Part shown: positions 27,175 to 33,778 of the stretch, one piece after another
Numbering within the stretch: the first letter of the stretch is position 1
How the letters are laid out: every line of letters starts with the position of its first letter
Assembly: GCA_050248615.1 (NCBI GenBank)
Contig: JBFWSA010000022.1
Coordinates: 1-33,778 of the forward strand
Source: Simkaniaceae bacterium
Lineage (GTDB): Bacteria > Chlamydiota > Chlamydiia > Chlamydiales > Simkaniaceae
Length of the DNA: 33,778 nt
Direction of reading: 5' to 3'
Program-made: the position numbers and the translations under genes
The notes under the pieces: model-generated
The model's input: only the letters and a program-made list of their open reading frames with translations
What the model was told of the DNA's origin: nothing
The model's database searches: none

Positions 27175-28179
27175 ATGGCTTTAAGTATTGAGGATCCATC
27201 ATTAAACCATATAAATTCTTTTATACCTCCCATCATCATCACAGCTGTTACTCTCCTTGCTGGGAAAACGCGTTTAATAGAATATTTTGAGGGAGCCTCT
27301 TCTGGAGGATTGTTCTTATGTGCGGCTTTTGGAAGCGCCGGAACAGTCGGTTATGATCATTATTCAAAAAATCCTCAAGATTTCTTGATAGGGAGAACCG
27401 TAGCTATTGCATTAGGAACTCTCGTTGCTTATTCTGTTGCTAAAGGCTTGAGTGAACGGATTTCTTTATCACTAAACGCTGCAATAAAGTTTGCGCTGGT
27501 CTCGGCAGGTCTTGTTTCCCTGATTCCACCAAAAAATCCGCTAGCAGGCACTCTAGAACAAAAACATGCACTGTATCTGAAAGATCCTAAGGCATGGATT
27601 CGGTTATCTGTTAGAGACAGAACCGAGCTGGTGGATGGTTTTTATACCAGGGATTTACCTCCTTTACAGCTAGAGGGTACTCAGCTCCATGTTAGTATGT
27701 TCAAAATTTATTCTCTAAAAAAAGTAACAGAGAATCAAGCGAAGTGGTTAGATGCGATTCTTCTCACACAAGACTTAAATATTCTGGAGTCTATAAGACA
27801 CAATGACCAGAATGATTATACATACCTCAGGGCATTTTGCGATCGTTATCCTGAGATGGAGTGGCTATTAGATCCAAATTTTATTTCAAGAGTAAGACCG
27901 CCTGCTAACCTTGTTCAAGGGGTGAATTTTTCCCAAACCTTTGCATCTTTAAGGAGTCGTATCACAAATGCTTCCGAAGTGAGTGCTCTTACCTATAATC
28001 AGTTAAGAGGCTTCCATAATGCTTTTGAAAAGGAAAATATTCATTATAACAACTTCAGTATTCCCCAATCTTTTAACCAACGGTTTAAATTCTTTGGTTT
28101 GAGTGAAATTCCCTTTAACTCTTCTTGCTTTTCATCAGATACTTTTGGAAAAGAGAGAAAAGTAAGTGTAATGGATTAA
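27175..28179 (+). CDS. Hypothetical protein with N-terminal hydrophobic segments (Inc/effector-like architecture)
   Basis: Long ORF (alternative start 27124) with about four hydrophobic stretches in the first 120 aa, then a soluble region. Function not recognised. Confidence 0.7.
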   Translation: MALSIEDPSLNHINSFIPPIIITAVTLLAGKTRLIEYFEGASSGGLFLCAAFGSAGTVGYDHYSKNPQDFLIGRTVAIALGTLVAYSVAKGLSERISLSLNAAIKFALVSAGLVSLIPPKNPLAGTLEQKHALYLKDPKAWIRLSVRDRTELVDGFYTRDLPPLQLEGTQLHVSMFKIYSLKKVTENQAKWLDAILLTQDLNILESIRHNDQNDYTYLRAFCDRYPEMEWLLDPNFISRVRPPANLVQGVNFSQTFASLRSRITNASEVSALTYNQLRGFHNAFEKENIHYNNFSIPQSFNQRFKFFGLSEIPFNSSCFSSDTFGKERKVSVMD

Positions 28180-28286
28180 TAATCAATTGGTTGAGTTTTT
28201 TAAATACTCTTATTTAACTGATTTTCAGATATTTAAAGAAAGCAATAAAATTTTTAATGTAAATAAATAGTTAAGATGCTATGATT

Positions 28287-28620
28287 ACTCAAGTTGCTAT
28301 CTTAAAAAAGTCATAGAGAACGCGGCGATTAACATCATCAACTTCAGAACAAATCCACGATCAGTTACAGCGTGAATATACTTGGATAACCAAGATGAGA
28401 TTTTACTGAAAATTGATTCTATTTTCTTACGTATCCTTCTGCCATACTGGTGATAAATAAAGCTTTGTCCTTTGTGAGAATTTTTTCTTCTTTCCGTAAT
28501 GAGATGCAGATCCTTTTCAATAAGGGCTTTTCCTGTTCTGATGAAATGTAGGCCTTATCTCCGAGAATGATATAGCCTTTAAGAAGAGAGCCGAGGTAGA
28601 TTTTTTCGATAGTTTCTAAT
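28287..28620 (-). pseudogene. IS982-family transposase 3' remnant with right end
   Basis: ILGDKAYIS, then a frameshifted RKKIESIFSKI...IHAVT.RGF.LK...FLR*, followed by a GCAACTTGAGT end. Confidence 0.75.
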
Positions 28621-28623
28621 TTG

Positions 28624-28900
28624 ATGGAACTTGAAGGGATCACAATTGAAAATAATAGTAAGCAGTCTCAGCAAAATGAACAAATTGGGGAGACCCTTTG
28701 TGACATATTAAACACTGCTTATCACAAGCTCGAAAAAGAGCTTAAGAAACAAAACTCCCATAAGTCTTTCTGGGATAAGTTGGGAGATTTTTTCAAAGAC
28801 TTAGCAAAAGTTCTTGCTGATTTGACACCAATTGGACTCGCTTTGAATGGAGGAAATACACTTTCAGATATCTCTTCATTCGCGAAAGATTGTAAAGGGA
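28624..28900 (+). pseudogene. Gene fragment resembling the pre-TM part of a T3SS translocator (CopB/SseC-like)
   Basis: Coiled coil followed by KKQNSHKSFWDKLGDFFK. Truncated on both sides; resemblance judged by eye only. Confidence 0.3.
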
Positions 28901-29190
28901 TTGTGGATTTTACCCTTTGTCCTTATCCATGAGCGTAATGTTCCTAAAATTACGGGAACAGCGACAGCTTTTGTTGTCTCTAGCATCCCGATTTTTGGAT
29001 CGATTTTTATTCAGCTGATTAGTTTCTTGATCAACCCCTTTATGAAAGGTGGGATTCTCCTCCGCTTACGCAAAGATTTCACTTAGCGTTTTATCTCTTA
29101 CCTGTCAGCCTGTTGATCGCCTTTATCATCAGCTTTTATCTCAAAGATACACAAGGGTGCCAGCGCCTTTTTGAACGTTACCGGAAGTAG
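28900..29190 (+). pseudogene. C-terminal fragment of an MFS-type transporter
   Basis: ERNVPKITGTATAFVV...GSIFIQLISFLI, a frameshift, then FHLAFYLLPVSLLIAFIISFYLKDT...*. Confidence 0.6.
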
Positions 29191-29191
29191 C

Positions 29192-29386
29192 TATAGCTAA
29201 AATGATTTAAAGTTGGGATGGAGGGGTTTTGAGTTTTTCTCTTTGAAAAAGGCACTAGATAGTGTCGTTTTTGAGATGGGCAGCTCATGACGACACTATC
29301 TAGTAGTCCTTAACAAAAATTCCTTGAGCCATTTTGAGCGTGAAAGCTTCTGAAATGATCTGAATAATTTTTTTAAGGACCACTAG
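29192..29386. mobile_element. Stack of three MITEs joined at CTAG sites
   Basis: Left end of the TATAGC family (29192-29254); CTAGATAGTGTCGT...ACGACACTATCTAG (29255-29303); CTAGTAGTCCTTAA...TTAAGGACCACTAG (29300-29386). Confidence 0.8.
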
Positions 29387-29394
29387 TTGCTTGC

Positions 29395-30066
29395 CTAATA
29401 TAAATCTTGGAGGATTTCACTACCTAGGCTGATCGCTTCCTTAAAGTCGTCTTGCCAGTCCAAGCCAAGCATCATGCTGCTGATCGCTCGGATCGCATAC
29501 ATTTCTGAAACCGCTTCATTGCGATCGGGGCTAAAGATAGAATACCCGTTAAAGCGGTTAATAGCATCGGTTGCATCCGAGATAGCCTGATTGAAGTCCT
29601 CGAGTACAAAATAGATGCAAGCACGGAGAGTGCTATAAAAAGGGTGGTTTTCTTGCTGAATTGCCTTGTTAAGGGCCTCAAGCGCTCCGGTATGATCGTC
29701 AACATCCAAGAGAATAGAAGCTTTTACAGCATGGATAAATCCTTTGGGGATTTGGTAGATATCTGAAGAGATTCCTACTTCGTTGGTTGCGATAAGAATG
29801 TGATTGCAAATCTTTAAAGCTTCAGCATTCTCATCTAAGAGATAAAGGAGATAAGCTTTATAAGCTTGAAGATTGAGATTGTGGGGGTCTTGCGTTAAAC
29901 TCTCATTCACAAGAGCGAGAGCCATCTCTTCTCTATCATGAAGAATGTTTGCCTGAATCTGGTCGAGATTTTTATCAGGAACAACGCATCCTCCGGGGAG
30001 AATATTTGCACAGGCTTCGAAAAGCACTGCAGAACACTCTGCACTAGTTTCTTCAATACTTGTCAT
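29395..30066 (-). CDS. Tetratricopeptide-repeat protein
   Basis: Repeated helix pairs such as AYKAYLLY...AEAL, ALEALNKAI, RACIY...FNQAISDA.DAI and DFKEAI. Confidence 0.75.
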   Translation of the reverse strand: MTSIEETSAECSAVLFEACANILPGGCVVPDKNLDQIQANILHDREEMALALVNESLTQDPHNLNLQAYKAYLLYLLDENAEALKICNHILIATNEVGISSDIYQIPKGFIHAVKASILLDVDDHTGALEALNKAIQQENHPFYSTLRACIYFVLEDFNQAISDATDAINRFNGYSIFSPDRNEAVSEMYAIRAISSMMLGLDWQDDFKEAISLGSEILQDLY

Positions 30067-30087
30067 AAATCACCTACTGGTTAATAA

Positions 30088-30251
30088 ACGCGAATTCTGG
30101 ATTAACTCTCAATGAGAACCTTCATCTTTTTGTGATCTTTTCAGGAAAAGCTGCTCGAAGATAGCGCTTTGGCTATCTCCTTCGCAGATTTTCCCGAAAA
30201 TCTCTTCAAAAATCTAACCCTTCTCATGGAGAGTTAATCCAGAATTCGCGT
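30088..30251. mobile_element. MITE, AC-ended (IS982-like), TAATAA duplication, 164 bp
   Basis: Perfect TIRs ACGCGAATTCTGGATTAACTCTC / GAGAGTTAATCCAGAATTCGCGT; TAATAA at 30082-87 and 30252-57. Confidence 0.9.
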
Positions 30252-30325
30252 TAATAAATAATCGCAAACATTCTAATGCAGAGTCTAATTAACGCAAACA
30301 AAATAAGATGCAATCAAACAAATTT

Positions 30326-30667
30326 TCAAAAAGTATAGGGTTTAAAGACAGCTATTAAAGATTTCTTGTATGCCTTGGCATAGGTTTGCAATACTGCCCG
30401 CTCCTCTAATTTCAGAATACTCTCACATGACAACTTAGCCCTAGCCAACTCTAGAGGAGTTTTCCCACAAAGAGGGGCATAACTACCATAAACTTCTGAA
30501 GGATCAAGAGGGTCTTCTGCTTCTATTTTCCGAAGCTCTTGAAGTTCTAAGTCGATCGTTTTTTTTAGAGACTCGAAAGAAGGACTTGTCAAATGGGGAT
30601 TGCTTCCCCGAGCAAGCAAAAGGTCCATTGCTTCAAAATGTCTCTCTGCAGTGCAACTTATGGGCTC
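30326..30667 (-). pseudogene. Ankyrin-repeat protein remnant
   Basis: FEAMDLLLARGSNPH and GKTPLELA; the upstream frame is closed by tandem TAA. Confidence 0.5.
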
Positions 30668-30936
30668 TTATTAAAACTGCGGGTAAAAAATTGCTCTTCT
30701 TTTCCACACAAGATCATGCTTCCTCTTTTTACCAAATCTTGATTATATACTTATGCCAATTGCGTTTAAGCATCTCAAGCTTCTTTGTTTTTAGTGACTT
30801 AAATTCTAAGGAGCTTCTCTTTTTAAGAAGTTTTTATCAAGTTTTCTCTTCCGATGAATGAAAGCATTTTTGCAACGGTCTCATTTTGGAATAAAAATCC
30901 CTTCTTTTTGCCAAATTAGCGGTTTGAGTAATGGTT

Positions 30937-31218
30937 TTATATTAATTTTCTTAAGCGGTCAAAGGTATCTTGAATGAAAGAGGATTCGTAGCCTGTAGGA
31001 TTGGAGACGATCTTATACAGATCCTCAATCGTTTCATCCATTTGCCCTTGGTCTGAAAGCTGGCTTTGAATTTGATGGAATTTATCGATACAAGAATCTT
31101 TTTCATAAGAATAGGAGGGTTTATTGAGCATTTGCATCAGGGAATCAATATCTCCTTGAAGGGAGCTCTGAGGGGTGAAATGGTATCCTGCGCTGTTTGG
31201 GGGATTAACCTGAGACAT
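30937..31218 (-). CDS. Hypothetical small protein, downstream of the monooxygenase
   Basis: RBS AAGGAG overlaps the upstream stop; Ser/Pro/Asn-rich N-terminus. Confidence 0.7.
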   Translation of the reverse strand: MSQVNPPNSAGYHFTPQSSLQGDIDSLMQMLNKPSYSYEKDSCIDKFHQIQSQLSDQGQMDETIEDLYKIVSNPTGYESSFIQDTFDRLRKLI

Positions 31219-31229
31219 GATGACTCTCC

Positions 31230-32837
31230 TTAGATGAAAATTTGTGATAAGTAGTTCTGAAAAATCTTTAGATTGAGAGGCTCGTGGATGTAGCTGATGT
31301 ATCCATCAGGGCGCACAAGGACGGCTGTGGATTTGGAAATCCCGTAATGGGAATGGGCCGAGGGTTCACGGTCGAGTAAACAGTGGAGAGGATCGGGACA
31401 GAAGGTGAGGTTTTCGTCATTGCGATAGAGAACATAAGGGTGGATGAGGGGGTAGTCTTTGAGGGCTTGGTAAAGCTTTTTAAGGTTTTCGAGCTCTTGT
31501 TTCGTGGCTTTTTTGCCACTAAAGAGGAGTAGAGTGTGGTGTATCCCTTTAAACAGATTGAAAAGACGCACCTCTTCTTTCCCTCTTTTTACGGTGTGAT
31601 CAGGAGCGCGGGAGCCGATTGCGATCTTTTCAGGAGGGTGGTTGTGCGTTCCATTCACAAGGATGGGATTGGGTTCATAACGGAAATAAAGCTGTGAAAA
31701 ACGTTTGGGAAGTTGGTCTTTGAGGGTGTCAAAAGAGCCGACAACACTGATTGCAGCATCCCGAAAGAGGGTGAAGAGGGTGTTTTTGGTCGTCATCATT
31801 TTTGTGAGTTTGTCTGTAACGCTCAGCACCGATTTTGCGATGGGATGACGCTCGAGATGGTAGGTATCTAAGAGAGTATCTGGAGCTTTTCCTTGATGGA
31901 CAAGGGCGAGCTTCCAGGCTAAGTTATAGGCATCTTGAATTCCTGTATTCATCCCTTGTCCTCCAGCAGGGCTATGGATGTGAGCCGCATCTCCTGCCAA
32001 AAAGACACGTCCTTTACGGTAGTGAGTGACTTGGCGGTGGTGGATGATAAAGGGACTTAAGTCACAAGGCTCCTGAATCGTGGTCTCTTTTGAGATCCGT
32101 TTTTTTAGGATCTCTTTGGCTAAGTCAAAGGAGACTGGTGGGGGATCTGTCTCTTTGGGTTTTAGCTCACAGATAATGCGCATACGGTTAGCAGGAAGGG
32201 GGAAGAGTCCCACCAGTCCTTCCTCATGTAAAATAAGGTGCATCTCTTGCGGGTCATGAGGGCTATTGATTTTGGCATCAAAAACCATCCAATGGGAGGG
32301 ATATTCTGATCCAGGAAAGGGGATTTCGAGAAGGTGGCGGCAGGTGCTACGGGAGCCATCACATCCGATAACATAAGCATAGGTGTCAGGAACGATGCTG
32401 CGTTCTCCTTGTTTTAGCATCACTTCCACACCATCTTCTGTTTGCTCGAGGTTGTTGAGCTCTGCATGGCGTTGCACTTGGACTCCGAGCGCTTCTAGGT
32501 GGTGGATTAAGATCAATTCGGTTTGACTTTGGGGGAGATCGAGGATGAAGCAATAGGGAGTATCCATCCCTTTATATTCCGCATGAACGAGACGATTTCC
32601 TTGGGAATAGATGTTGATGCCGGTGACTTTCACCCCTTTTTCTAAAATAGGGGCTAACATGCCCATGTCTTCAAACACTTCTAAAGTGCGGGCATGGAGG
32701 GCGGCAGCACGGGAATCTCCCGCGTGATAGGGACTTTTATCGATAATGCGGCACTTCACCCCATGACGGGCGAGTTCTGCAGCGGCCGTGAGTCCTACAG
32801 GTCCTGCTCCGACAACTAAAACTTCATCTTTAGCCAT
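31230..32837 (-). CDS. FAD-dependent aromatic monooxygenase (PheA/TfdB-like, group A flavoprotein)
   Basis: VVGAGPVGL, GCDG.RS, GRVFLAGDAAH.HSPAGGQGMNTGIQDA.NL.WKL, Y..ER.P, G.RAPD and LVRPDGYI. Start is 32837 or 32846. Confidence 0.92.
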   Translation of the reverse strand: MAKDEVLVVGAGPVGLTAAAELARHGVKCRIIDKSPYHAGDSRAAALHARTLEVFEDMGMLAPILEKGVKVTGINIYSQGNRLVHAEYKGMDTPYCFILDLPQSQTELILIHHLEALGVQVQRHAELNNLEQTEDGVEVMLKQGERSIVPDTYAYVIGCDGSRSTCRHLLEIPFPGSEYPSHWMVFDAKINSPHDPQEMHLILHEEGLVGLFPLPANRMRIICELKPKETDPPPVSFDLAKEILKKRISKETTIQEPCDLSPFIIHHRQVTHYRKGRVFLAGDAAHIHSPAGGQGMNTGIQDAYNLAWKLALVHQGKAPDTLLDTYHLERHPIAKSVLSVTDKLTKMMTTKNTLFTLFRDAAISVVGSFDTLKDQLPKRFSQLYFRYEPNPILVNGTHNHPPEKIAIGSRAPDHTVKRGKEEVRLFNLFKGIHHTLLLFSGKKATKQELENLKKLYQALKDYPLIHPYVLYRNDENLTFCPDPLHCLLDREPSAHSHYGISKSTAVLVRPDGYISYIHEPLNLKIFQNYLSQIFI

Positions 32838-32884
32838 AGGGCTCATTCTAGAAATTTGATGAAAAAAAGACGAGATATTTTAAA

Positions 32885-32937
32885 CCCCGGTGTGTTACTT
32901 ATTTCGCTGCATAGGCGAAATAAGTAACACACCGGGA
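32885..32937. mobile_element. Internally deleted 53-bp copy of the CC-ended MITE; may act as the tRNA terminator
   Basis: CCCCGGTGTGTTACTTATTTCGC...GCGAAATAAGTAACACACCGGGA with a TTAAA duplication. Shares ACTTATTTCGCTGCATAGGCGAA with 19633..19800. Confidence 0.8.
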
Positions 32938-32950
32938 TTAAAGTGAGGAT

Positions 32951-33032
<82 letters not shown>

Positions 33033-33074
33033 AGGTGATAAGCACTAAAATTTAATTCTTTTGAAGGGTTTTCG

Positions 33075-33611
33075 TCAACAGCCAAAAAAACGATCTCCAA
33101 AGTCTCCAAGACCGGGGACGATATATTTTTTCGCATCGAGCCCTTTGTCGAGGACTGCAAGGGTTGTCTTTGTCTCGGGATAAGATTTTTTTATCGCTGC
33201 GACTCCCTCTGGAGCTCCAATCATTCCTACGACATGACAGTGGGCAGGGTTTCCCCCTTTTTCCTGAATTTTTTCTAAAGTGAGGAGGGTACTGCCTCCC
33301 GTTGCCACCATGGGATCTAAAATAATCGTATAGTCGTGTGAAGAAAGAGGGGGGATTTTTTCATAGTAGAGATGGGGGATGGCGTTTTTGTCCCGGTGAA
33401 TGCCGATGAAACTCACGCGCGCTTTTTTAAAGACTGCCATAAAAGAGGGAAGGAGGGCCATTCCCGCTCTTAGAATGGGAAGGAGGAGGACTTGATCGTG
33501 AGTGAGAGCGATTTCAGCTGCTAAGAGGTTGGCCAGTTGATGCGAAGCCTCTCTAAAGGCTTCCATAGAGGTGTTCCTATCCCGCAATGTGGCAATTAAA
33601 GATTCTTTCAT
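33075..33611 (-). CDS. upp: Uracil phosphoribosyltransferase
   Basis: LRD.NT...FR, PILRAG, LDPMVATGGS and YIVPGLGDFGDR. Confidence 0.95.
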   Translation of the reverse strand: MKESLIATLRDRNTSMEAFREASHQLANLLAAEIALTHDQVLLLPILRAGMALLPSFMAVFKKARVSFIGIHRDKNAIPHLYYEKIPPLSSHDYTIILDPMVATGGSTLLTLEKIQEKGGNPAHCHVVGMIGAPEGVAAIKKSYPETKTTLAVLDKGLDAKKYIVPGLGDFGDRFFGC

Positions 33612-33778
33612 TCTTTTTTCTCATAAATAGGGTAAACATTAAATCCCTCTTCATTCATGGCGTAGATGAGTTTTGCAATTGGTTGCCACTCGGCTTTTTT
33701 ATCGATATGGAGAAGGATTTGGGTCTCTCCGTTTCCATGTTTTTTGAGCGCGGTTTTGATCGTTTCAATATCGTTTAG
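33608..33778 (-). CDS. 5'-partial CDS with an ExbD/TolR-like C-terminus
   Basis: Open from the window edge: LNDIETIKTALKKHGNGETQILLHIDKKAEWQPIAKLIYAMNEEGFNVYPIYEKKE*. ATGA overlap with upp. Confidence 0.55.
   Translation of the reverse strand, partial: LNDIETIKTALKKHGNGETQILLHIDKKAEWQPIAKLIYAMNEEGFNVYPIYEKKE

Noticed and set aside
27024..28297. Composite IS982 transposon around 27175..28179
   Set aside because: The two IS982-like ends (CAACTTGGGT at 27024 and ACTCAAGTTGC at 28287) belong to remnants lying outside the gene, and no matching outer ends were found.
33587..33778. Plus-strand 63-aa ORF
   Set aside because: The minus-strand frame is open, protein-like and coupled to upp by ATGA.

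Overview
This looks like bacterial DNA from an environmental chlamydia, possibly Simkaniaceae-like. That is an inference from the NTT/TLC nucleotide translocase, effector-like orphans and heavy IS/MITE decay. The left end holds a partial CDS, a fused DHPS-DHFR (folP-folA) gene, an NTT translocase, two tandem unknown paralogs, a YkgJ-type Cys-cluster protein, sodB, a DoxX-like protein and a P2A-type ATPase. An IS graveyard follows (IS110, IS5, IS30 with nested insertions, IS630, ISAs1) around an alpha/beta hydrolase, then a triplet of tail-anchored orphan genes (one a pseudogene) and a three-gene split LigD (PE, LIG, POL) with no Ku in the window. The most striking locus is an NHLP (nitrile-hydratase-leader) peptide export cluster at about 20.0-26.2 kb. 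Its precursor has a predicted core of only five residues (FHYTS) and lies divergent from an adaptor lacking the alpha-hairpin and two ABC transporters; no maturase or TolC is in the window. The right end has decayed effector-like genes, stacked MITEs, a TPR protein, an FAD monooxygenase, tRNA-Leu(TAG), upp and a partial ExbD/TolR-like CDS. At least five MITE end-types occur. Full-length copies are 151-170 bp, several share a central hairpin, and two appear to have rewritten host protein C-termini.
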